From IMG/VR virus record IMGVR_UViG_3300016263_001165, positions 1 to 38,953 of that record: a DNA stretch of 38,953 bases; one strand, 5' to 3'. The translations under genes were made by a program, and so were the position numbers. A model generated the notes under the pieces. The model did not search any database, was not told the origin of the DNA, and was given only the letters and a program-made list of their open reading frames with translations. This DNA comes from a virus (lineage: Duplodnaviria > Caudoviricetes). The stretch's first letter is position 1, and the number at the start of each line of letters is the position of its first letter. Shown here one piece after another: positions 9,481 through 16,526 of the stretch.

Positions 9481-9908
9481 CCAGATTATAAAGTTTCACA
9501 ATCTGGTTCGGGTCCCATTTATAAATAACACACAGGCACGGGCGTGCCCCCCTACCCCCCCGTCCGCATTATGTGGCAGGTGCCCATAATCGGTGCCAAT
9601 TCTGCCCATAATCCGAGCCATAATCGGTGCCCCAAACATCCGTTCGCTTGACAAGTGTGCTATCACGCGCGCACACCCAAGCGTGCGGAGCGACGGCGAC
9701 GAACCGAACGGCGAAACGAACAAGTGTTCGCCCTAGTTTGCCAACGGTGGGCGTGGTACTGTGTGCGCATTATGTGTGTGTGGTACTGATGGGTGTGTGT
9801 GTGCGGAACTCCGTAGGAGTTGTGTTACAGTTGTGTTACAGTTTGGTCGGCTATTCGGTGTGCATTATGCGGGGGATAGCCGCGTGTGTGTGTATGTCAG
9901 TTGGAGAC

Positions 9909-9938
9909 TTGACTTGTGTAGCACCGATTCCCTACCTT
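9909..9938 (+). promoter_or_regulatory. Putative housekeeping-sigma early promoter
   Basis: TTGACT-N18-TACCTT immediately upstream of the structured region. Confidence 0.5.
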
Positions 9939-9941
9939 GTT

Positions 9942-10439
9942 TGCCATCGCCAATCGGTGGCGAGGTTGCCTCACCAAGTAGGCACTCACCGAATCTGGCG
10001 GGACTTGCCCGAATAGTGGCAGGGCTGAGTAAGCGGTAGCGATTACGCTCTGACTTGCCAGTGGCGTGAAGCAATCGGAGACACAGACGCTCCGTGAAGC
10101 GCTAGGCATCCCAAGTGGCTCAGGTCACGATACGGTCATACCGTGGGATGCAACGAGTACCGTGAGGCACCTGAATCGGTCACGGCTCGGAATGGGAGCG
10201 GTCACAATTCTGTAAGAATTGTGTCTAATCGGGAGTATGGTCTACTTGCCTACGGCAATCGTGGGTGGACTGAGTGTGACAACGGTTAGGCACAACCTAT
10301 GGGTTGTGGTCGTTGGGCTGACTCGGAGAACCCGCGTGGAGCGAGTCAGTTGCTAGGCGGAATGGCGCACACTTGCGAGTGCGCAGTCACCTCTTCGGGG
10401 GTGTCATCCGCTAGTCGTGGGGTGCGAGCCTCACGCTGA
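9942..10439 (+). ncRNA. Large structured non-coding RNA candidate (family not recognised)
   Basis: No credible ORF. Dense stems include GCATCCCA/TGGGATGC (10106-10113/10144-10151), CCGTGA/TCACGG, CACAATTCT/AGAATTGTG (10203-10223), CACAACC/GGTTGTG, CTGACTCG/CGAGTCAG, GCGCAC/GTGCGC and CGTGGGG-TGCGAG-CCTCACG. Confidence 0.6.
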
Positions 10440-10562
10440 GGTTGGTACGCGACCGTAATCGTTTACGATTACGGCAGTGCGTGAACCTTGTGCGTTATGC
10501 GTGGCACCACTGTAGGTGTCACCGCACGAGGTTCGGCGGTGCGATTCCGTCACCATCCGCTA
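10440..10562 (+). ncRNA. tRNA-like element 1 (acceptor plus T-arm mimic)
   Basis: GGTTGGT/ACCATCC acceptor-like stem with one mismatch, T-arm GGCGG-TGCGATT-CCGTC, 3' G-CTA, and two long internal hairpins in place of the D and anticodon arms. Confidence 0.5.
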
Positions 10563-10622
10563 CGATGCCATTCGGCATCGGAAACACACAAACGCCACCT
10601 ATGGTGGCAGATTGGAGCAATT

Positions 10623-10826
10623 ATGAGCAAGGCACCGCTGTACCCGAAGGGTACGCTCGTGAGATTCCGTGAAGGCACCTCTCGCGCAGGTGAGGTGTGG
10701 GTCGTGGAGTCCGACCACTGGTGTGGGAATCTGTACCTACACGAGATTGATGCTCGTAGCGGTCGCCCGATTGGTGGCATCGTCACCGAGGCTCGCGAAG
10801 TGGAACCCGTAGGGGTCAGGCTGTAA
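10623..10826 (+). CDS. Small hypothetical protein (SH3-like pattern)
   Basis: GGAG Shine-Dalgarno before ATG 10623; YPKGTLVRF...GEVWVV. Confidence 0.6.
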   Translation: MSKAPLYPKGTLVRFREGTSRAGEVWVVESDHWCGNLYLHEIDARSGRPIGGIVTEAREVEPVGVRL

Positions 10827-10843
10827 TCCCGTAGGGGATTACG

Positions 10844-10899
10844 GGACGGCAATAGCAACCCTTTAGGGTTGGGCAGTGCGATTCTGTCACCGTCCACTA
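10844..10899 (+). ncRNA. tRNA-like element 2 (minimal, ~55 nt)
   Basis: GGACGG/CCGTCC stem, CAACCC-TTTA-GGGTTG hairpin, T-arm GGCAG-TGCGATT-CTGTC, and 3' A-CTA. Confidence 0.55.
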
Positions 10900-10972
10900 T
10901 GCTACGCTAGTAGCAGTATCCGCTGACTTGGCAGTTTGCGGAGACAACACACACAGAACTGGAGGTTCTGAA

Positions 10973-12289
10973 ATGCCAGCAACACCAGCGCGTCAAATCC
11001 TCGGATTTGACCACAACACACAAATGGTGACCCTGAGGGGTCACCACGGTGGCACGGCTCAGCAACCGCTTTCGGCTTTGCCGAAGGTGGAGGTCATCGC
11101 CGTCGCCAAGTACCTCGGCATCCGATTCGTGGGCAAGAATCCGCTCGCGATGGACTTGGGCAAGATTCACGACGCAATCGTGAACCGCAAGCCGACTGTC
11201 GTTTATGAGGCGAAGCCTCAGACGATGCCGTCGCCGACTCCGTCGGCGCAACCGCAACCACAACCGTCTCCGAAGGAGGAGCCGATGCCACAACCACAGC
11301 AGAATCCGAAGCCCGAGGCGAAGCCTCGCCAGATGGGCTTGGAGGAGATGGTGCGCGTAATCGCGACGGAAGTCGTGGACAGCGCGCTGGAATCTCACGA
11401 GGCTGGAGTGGATGCCGATGAGGTTCGCGGAATCGTCAAGCCGATTATGGACGGTTTCCGTCACGAAGTGACGGAACTTGTCAAGTCGGTGAAGCCGATT
11501 GTGAACACAATCGTCGTCAAGGGTCGTGAACCGAAGCCGATGAACGGTGTCCAACACTTCGTGTTTCCCAAGGTTCTCGGTGCCGTCTCGCAGGGCGTGA
11601 ACTTGTGGCTGGTCGGTCCCGCGGGTACGGGCAAGTCCACCATCGGGGAGCAGGTCGCCGAGGCGTTGTCGTTGCCGTTCAGTGCAGTGAACTGCACCAG
11701 CACGATGACGGAGACTGCCCTGAAGGGCTACAACGATGCGAATGGCAACTATGTTGCCACGGAATTCCGTCGCATCTTTGAGGGTGGCGGTGTGTTCGTC
11801 TTTGACGAGGTGGACAACGCCAATCCGAATGTCCTCGGTGCCCTGAACAGCGCGCTTGCGAACGGGTTTATGGCGTTCGCAGACCGCAGGGTTCAGAAAC
11901 ACGCCGATTTCGTCGCCATCGCCACTGGCAACACCTACGGTAGCGGTGCCACGATGGAGTATGTCGGTCGCAACCCGATTGACGGTGCGACGATTGACCG
12001 ATTCGCACAATTGGTGGTACCAATTGACAGCAAGGTTGAGGATGCGATGCTCCAGTCCGTGGGATTGGATGCGCCGACTGCGACCAAGTGGGTCACTGCC
12101 GTCCGTAAGGCTCGGCAGAATGCCGAGAAATTCGGGCTGAAAGTCATCGTGTCGCCTCGTGCGACGCTGAACGGTGCCCGACTCGTCCGAAGCGGTGCGT
12201 TCACGATGACGGAGGCGTTTGACGCGACGGTCATCAAGGGTGCGAAGCCAGACCAAGCCGACAAACTCCGCGAGGGTGTCGCTCTCTGA
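10973..12289 (+). CDS. MoxR/CbbQ/CobS-type AAA+ ATPase
   Basis: Walker A GPAGTGKS, Walker B FVFDEVD, sensor ATGNT and arginine finger DRF. GGAGG Shine-Dalgarno before ATG 10973. Pro/Gln-rich linker. Confidence 0.9.
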   Translation: MPATPARQILGFDHNTQMVTLRGHHGGTAQQPLSALPKVEVIAVAKYLGIRFVGKNPLAMDLGKIHDAIVNRKPTVVYEAKPQTMPSPTPSAQPQPQPSPKEEPMPQPQQNPKPEAKPRQMGLEEMVRVIATEVVDSALESHEAGVDADEVRGIVKPIMDGFRHEVTELVKSVKPIVNTIVVKGREPKPMNGVQHFVFPKVLGAVSQGVNLWLVGPAGTGKSTIGEQVAEALSLPFSAVNCTSTMTETALKGYNDANGNYVATEFRRIFEGGGVFVFDEVDNANPNVLGALNSALANGFMAFADRRVQKHADFVAIATGNTYGSGATMEYVGRNPIDGATIDRFAQLVVPIDSKVEDAMLQSVGLDAPTATKWVTAVRKARQNAEKFGLKVIVSPRATLNGARLVRSGAFTMTEAFDATVIKGAKPDQADKLREGVAL

Positions 12290-12307
12290 GCGACGGAATA
12301 CGCAATA

Positions 12308-12335
12308 CGCCGTGGGGCAATCCTGCCCCACGGCG
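12308..12335 (+). terminator. Perfect 12-bp hairpin (terminator or processing/stabilising element)
   Basis: CGCCGTGGGGCA-ATCC-TGCCCCACGGCG between two genes; no U-tract. Confidence 0.45.
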
Positions 12336-12365
12336 AAGCAACTAGCAACACTGGAGGTGTTGATT

Positions 12366-13244
12366 ATGAAACTCACAACCGATGCGAAATCTTGCTACGC
12401 AAAGTCGCTGTGGATTGAGGAATTCGGTTCGCTCGCGGAAGCGTTGGAGTATGCGGGCGCGAACCCCAACCCCAAGTCGTCCGACCGTCCAAGCAACTAC
12501 TTCGGCGGTGACGATTGGGCTGGCAAGACGACCGACCTCGCGGACGCGGTTCGGCTCGGGCTACTCGGGTACGACGAAATTCGTCCCGAGGTGGAGCGGA
12601 TGTTCGCCGAGTTGGAATCCCAACTCGCCGAGCGTTTGGAGTTGGCGTTCCAGACTCGCTTTGATTACACAGGCTCCGTCGTGGATGTGGGTCGCTACCT
12701 GAGCGGTGAACCCGAATGTATGATTGACTTCGTGCCCGAGCCTTCGGCTCGTATGGGTCGGGTCGTCAAGGTCATCGTGAACGGAATCTGCTCGGCGAGC
12801 GTGGAATCCAAGCGCATAATCAAGCGCGGTGTCGTTGTGTGTGCGTTGATTGACGCGATACACAAACTCGGGATGGGCGTGGAGGTTTACGCCGAATTCC
12901 CGACCAACGATTATGCCATCAACAGCCCGAAAGGTAAGGTTCACACCTTTCTCGTGAAACTCCACTCGTCGGAGCAGTTGCTGGACATAAACAACCTGAT
13001 GTTCGGGTTGTGCCATCCGAGTATGCTTCGCCGAATCTCGTTCTCGGTGATGGAGCAAACCAAGTGGGAGCCTGCCAAGACGCTCATCAAGAGCGGGTAC
13101 GGGTATCCGTCCGCGTTGGAGATGGCTGAGCGTGTCGGTGCGGATGTGAGGTGCGAGATGCTTCAGTCTGGCAAGAGCGAATACGAGGGCAAGTCGCCAG
13201 TGGATTGGGTTATGTCCACGCTGAGCGGGTTGGGGGTAATCTGA
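12366..13244 (+). CDS. Putative vWA-like/CobT-like partner of the AAA+ ATPase
   Basis: Directly follows the MoxR-type ATPase; DVGRYLSGEPECM then VKVIVNGICSAS (degenerate MIDAS-like) and HPSMLRR. Confidence 0.6.
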   Translation: MKLTTDAKSCYAKSLWIEEFGSLAEALEYAGANPNPKSSDRPSNYFGGDDWAGKTTDLADAVRLGLLGYDEIRPEVERMFAELESQLAERLELAFQTRFDYTGSVVDVGRYLSGEPECMIDFVPEPSARMGRVVKVIVNGICSASVESKRIIKRGVVVCALIDAIHKLGMGVEVYAEFPTNDYAINSPKGKVHTFLVKLHSSEQLLDINNLMFGLCHPSMLRRISFSVMEQTKWEPAKTLIKSGYGYPSALEMAERVGADVRCEMLQSGKSEYEGKSPVDWVMSTLSGLGVI

Positions 13245-13247
13245 GCA

Positions 13248-13312
13248 GGACGAAACGCGGAGCGCAGTGTGTTGGCTCCGCGTCCACCAGTGAGACTGGT
13301 GCTGATGAGTCC
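13248..13312 (+). ncRNA. Hammerhead ribozyme, type II (copy 1)
   Basis: GGAC-GAAAC-GCGGAGC[loop]GCTCCGC-GTC^-CACCAG[TGAGA]CTGGTG-CTGATGA-GTCC. The conserved core is complete and all three stems pair. Predicted cleavage after 13284. Confidence 0.93.
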
Positions 13313-13343
13313 AGAACGACTTGCAACCGAGGAGGTTGGGATT

Positions 13344-13604
13344 ATGACAACGGCAAGAGAATGGATTGCAATTCTGCAATCGTTTGACCCGAACGAGGAA
13401 ATCATCGCGATGGTTTATAGTCGCGAACTGTTCGGCGACAAGAATCTGGTCGCACCAGATGGCACCGAGTATGACGAATGTCCCAAAGAAATTTGGGACA
13501 CGGTTGCGGAGGGACACGAATTGCGCGACTGGCTGTGCGAGCAGATACACGATGACATTCTGTCGGACTTGCAGGATGCGCTTGATGCCAAGGAGGCAAA
13601 GTGA
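13344..13604 (+). CDS. Small acidic hypothetical protein
   Basis: GAGGAGG Shine-Dalgarno before ATG 13344. Confidence 0.7.
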   Translation: MTTAREWIAILQSFDPNEEIIAMVYSRELFGDKNLVAPDGTEYDECPKEIWDTVAEGHELRDWLCEQIHDDILSDLQDALDAKEAK

Positions 13605-13873
13605 TGAAAGTGAGCAAAGCAATCAAGATGCTGAAAGAACTTCAGCCCGACGATGAAATCGTCGTCGCGTTCTGGGATGTGGACTGTTTCCACGGCTCCG
13701 TTCTCAGCGAGGACGGCGCGGAACTGCCCGTAATCCCGCGTAATGTGTGGAATGCGTACGCTTCGGCGTTTGAGTTCCGCGACCACATCCAAGAGATGTG
13801 CTGGGACGACATTCAGTGGGGGCTTCAGGATTATGTCACCAAGTTGGAACTAGAAGCGAAAGGGGGTGAATGA
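13604..13873 (+). CDS. Small acidic hypothetical protein, probable paralogue of the preceding gene
   Basis: AGGAGG Shine-Dalgarno and TGATG coupling; similar L..PxxEI pattern. Confidence 0.7.
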   Translation: MKVSKAIKMLKELQPDDEIVVAFWDVDCFHGSVLSEDGAELPVIPRNVWNAYASAFEFRDHIQEMCWDDIQWGLQDYVTKLELEAKGGE

Positions 13874-14166
13874 TTATGAGAATCATCAAGGAGTACCGCT
13901 ATGTCATCGCGGCTTCGCTGATGTGGCTCATCACGGTTGCGCTCGTTGTGGGTGTGGCTTGGATGGGCGCAGTGACACTGCTGGACGAAGTGGACGCGCT
14001 GAGTTTGGCGTTCGCGATTACGGCTCTGCTCATCTCGGTGGCTCCCGCGTGCTATGCGTGGCTGATGCTGTTGGATGAGGTGTGGGCTGTGCGCTACCAG
14101 CGATTGCTCAGGCAGAAGCGCAAGATAGAAGCGATGCGCTCACGGTTGGGTCGCCGACCTCGGTAA
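13870..14166 (+). CDS. Membrane protein (two TM helices, basic tail)
   Basis: Two long hydrophobic stretches and an Arg/Lys-rich C-terminus. Confidence 0.7.
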   Translation: MIMRIIKEYRYVIAASLMWLITVALVVGVAWMGAVTLLDEVDALSLAFAITALLISVAPACYAWLMLLDEVWAVRYQRLLRQKRKIEAMRSRLGRRPR

Positions 14167-14198
14167 GGTGACCGTCCACTATTCGTGTCACACCGACC

Positions 14199-14207
14199 TG
14201 CTATAGT
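14199..14207 (+). promoter_or_regulatory. Extended -10 element TGnTATAGT
   Basis: TGCTATAGT, 7 nt upstream of hammerhead 2. Confidence 0.45.
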
Positions 14208-14214
14208 GGACTGA

Positions 14215-14281
14215 GGACGAAACGCTCAGGGTTCTCCTTTCCCCTGAGCGTCCACCAGTAAATGCTGGTGCTGATGAGTCC
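14215..14281 (+). ncRNA. Hammerhead ribozyme, type II (copy 2)
   Basis: GGAC-GAAAC-GCTCAGGG[loop]CCCTGAGC-GTC^-CACCAG[TAAATG]CTGGTG-CTGATGA-GTCC. Predicted cleavage after 14252. Confidence 0.93.
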
Positions 14282-14312
14282 AGAAGCACTCAACTAAACA
14301 CTGGAGGTGTTT

Positions 14313-14945
14313 ATGTTTGGAATGACCACCGCACTCCGCATCTATGCGGATGCCAGCAAAGAACCCGAGACGATTCTGCTCGGGGGCACTACCACGGAGC
14401 AGGTCGCGGAAATCCGCGAAGCCGTAGGAGGGCACTTTGATGCCATCCGACGGGGCGCATCCGACGAATCGGGCAAACACAAGCCGTTCGTGATGGTGGG
14501 CTATGTCCACGACGAGGGCAGAATCCTGAACCTGCCCCTGAACCCTGTGGCGAGTATGCTGTTTGAGGAGAGCCTGTTCGGGGATGTGTTGCTGGTGAAC
14601 GGCACCAATCCCGAGACTGGCGATTATGACGGCGAGACCCACTCGTTGCCTGTCGCATTCTGCGAGTACATCATCAAGGGAATGTACCCTGCTGTCCAGC
14701 AGTCCGTACATTTCTCCAAGTTGCTCGCGACCGCCGTGGCTTACGCCAAGCAGTCTGGCACTTTGACCGAGGACGAGTACAACAAGATTTACTCGTTTAT
14801 GTCGGCGAAGTACGAGGATGCGGAGAAGGGCGGTGCGCCTGCCGAGTCCGTGGAATCGCTTCCACAAGAGATTCGCGAACTGATGGCGAAGTGTGTCGCC
14901 GATTTGATTACGCATCTCGGGGATGACCCGAAAGGGGGTGAGTGA
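14313..14945 (+). CDS. DUF3846-like phage protein with helical C-terminal extension
   Basis: AVGGHFD, VHDEG...LPLNPVAS, GDVLLV; GGAGG Shine-Dalgarno. Confidence 0.65.
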   Translation: MFGMTTALRIYADASKEPETILLGGTTTEQVAEIREAVGGHFDAIRRGASDESGKHKPFVMVGYVHDEGRILNLPLNPVASMLFEESLFGDVLLVNGTNPETGDYDGETHSLPVAFCEYIIKGMYPAVQQSVHFSKLLATAVAYAKQSGTLTEDEYNKIYSFMSAKYEDAEKGGAPAESVESLPQEIRELMAKCVADLITHLGDDPKGGE

Positions 14946-15139
14946 TGAAACGCAAACCCGAACCTGAACCGCAAGCGCACCGCGTCGTGCTGTGCGTGAA
15001 CCTCGTGATGACGGAGATGGACGGCACCGCCGACCAATCTGCGAACATCGCGGCTAACATCCTGTACGACCTCATCGGTGAGAACACCGCGTTTGAGGAG
15101 GTACACATCGGGGTGATGGCTTGTGCCGAAACAGGCTGA
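14945..15139 (+). CDS. Hypothetical protein
   Basis: Translationally coupled; Shine-Dalgarno-like AAGGGGGTG. Confidence 0.5.
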   Translation: MKRKPEPEPQAHRVVLCVNLVMTEMDGTADQSANIAANILYDLIGENTAFEEVHIGVMACAETG

Positions 15140-15307
15140 CACGGCGGTCGGAGGTGGCGGGCGCAAACCCGCCACCAAACCGCTCCCCAAGAACACGAAA
15201 TACACCTGCCCCAAGTGTTCCACTTGGGTGCTGGTTCACATTCCACTAAGATTCCGACCCGAGTGTACAAGGCACTCGGGCGGTACAACACAAATGCTGG
15301 AGGCATT

Positions 15308-15553
15308 GTGACTACACCCAAATACCCACACATCAACATCCCGATGGTTGGCGAGGACGGAAACGCCTACGCCATCCTTGCCCGAGTGAAGCGCATTATG
15401 CGCCGAGCAGGGCTGGAGGATTCCGAATGGGACAAGTTCCTGAAGGAAGCGACCTGCGGCGATTATGACAATCTGCTGAGAACCGTAATGCTCTGGTTCT
15501 CGGTGGATGCCGACCTAGACGACGATTACGAGGACGAGGAGGAATCAGAATGA
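15308..15553 (+). CDS. Conserved small phage protein
   Basis: GGAGG before GTG 15308; GEDGNAYAIL.RV...EAT.GDYDNLL. Confidence 0.7.
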   Translation: MTTPKYPHINIPMVGEDGNAYAILARVKRIMRRAGLEDSEWDKFLKEATCGDYDNLLRTVMLWFSVDADLDDDYEDEEESE

Positions 15554-15714
15554 GAAGCCAACGCTGTTTGGTGGACGGCTGCGAAGCAGAGTTCACCGTG
15601 ATTGTGGCGGAGTATCCGTGGCTGATGTGCGACAAGCACAAACACGGGCACACGATTATGTGCCCGCGCTACGAAACCGAGACCGAGAAGGAGATTGCTG
15701 ATGCGTACCCGTGA
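15550..15714 (+). CDS. Small Cys/His-rich protein (54 aa, below the ORF-track cut-off)
   Basis: ATGA overlap and GGAGG Shine-Dalgarno; C.VDGC ... CDKH. Confidence 0.5.
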   Translation: MRSQRCLVDGCEAEFTVIVAEYPWLMCDKHKHGHTIMCPRYETETEKEIADAYP

Positions 15715-16462
15715 GAACGACCGAACCGCCGAGGACGACCTGAGCGATGTAATCCCCATCGGGGTCACCATCGCCATCTCCGATGGCGTACACGAGATGA
15801 AGTTCGGGAGGCGCATCTGCGAGATTCGGGGCTACGGCGAGAACGGTTGGACGACCGAACAAATGCTGGATTACTTTCAGGATTTGTGTCGCGTGTATGA
15901 CGCTTGGGCAGAGTCCAAGAGTCCGTGGATAATCCCCGAGAATTACGAGGATTTGTGCCTGCCCGAAGCCATCCGCTCGCAGGATTACAACACTTGGCAG
16001 TCTTGGCACGAACTCCGCGATTTCGTGTCCAAGGCGTACGATGCGTTCGTTCCGCGAACTATGTCGGAGATTCTGGGGAAACTGGATGTGACGATTGAGC
16101 AGTGGATACTGTCAATTTGTTCTGGTAATCGCACCGTCCCGATTATATCCGCGGAGACTCTCGGCGAGATTGAGCGGTTCTACACCGCGCTGGAACATCC
16201 GTATCCCATCAAGGATTTGATGGTTTACACCGATTACAGTCGCGGCACTTTGGAGAACATCGGCAAACTGTTCGCCAAGCGTCGCCTCGCGCTACACGGC
16301 GAGCAGGCACGGAATATTGACAAGGCTCCCGCGATGCTGAGGCATCTCGTCGCCGAAGGCAATCACACCAACGCCGAGTGCTTGCGTATAGTTGAGCGTG
16401 AGACGGGGGTAAAATTCTCTCGTTCTTATGTCTCCAAAATACGGCAGAGACAATACGACTAA
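15701..16462 (+). CDS. Hypothetical protein with possible C-terminal HTH
   Basis: Long ORF with AGGAG Shine-Dalgarno; ends GVKFSRSYVSKIR. Confidence 0.6.
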   Translation: MRTRENDRTAEDDLSDVIPIGVTIAISDGVHEMKFGRRICEIRGYGENGWTTEQMLDYFQDLCRVYDAWAESKSPWIIPENYEDLCLPEAIRSQDYNTWQSWHELRDFVSKAYDAFVPRTMSEILGKLDVTIEQWILSICSGNRTVPIISAETLGEIERFYTALEHPYPIKDLMVYTDYSRGTLENIGKLFAKRRLALHGEQARNIDKAPAMLRHLVAEGNHTNAECLRIVERETGVKFSRSYVSKIRQRQYD

Positions 16463-16526
16463 TGGACACCGTTGTCTCCGCTAATGGGTTATACTGTCTA
16501 TCAACAATCACCGTAGGAGGTGCGTA

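Noticed and set aside
10483-10534. GAACCTTGTGCG...CGCACGAGGTTC hairpin resembling group II intron domain V
   Set aside because: No AGC/CGC triad, no AC bulge, no interrupted gene and no RT/maturase. It fits better as an arm of tRNA-like element 1.
10440-10899. Canonical tRNA genes
   Set aside because: No D arm or 7-nt anticodon loop, the T-loop is TGCGATT rather than TTCRA, and there is no CCA. Reported only as tRNA-like.
10907-12376. 489-aa minus-strand ORF
   Set aside because: Antisense shadow of the AAA+ ATPase gene, with no recognisable motifs.
13269-13343. N-terminal extension of ORF 13269-13604 through the hammerhead
   Set aside because: A strong Shine-Dalgarno supports ATG 13344, and the upstream sequence is explained by the ribozyme.
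13857-14941. Repeated CGAAAGGGGGTGA (two proteins ending KGGE)
   Set aside because: Explained as extended Shine-Dalgarno sequences for translationally coupled downstream genes.
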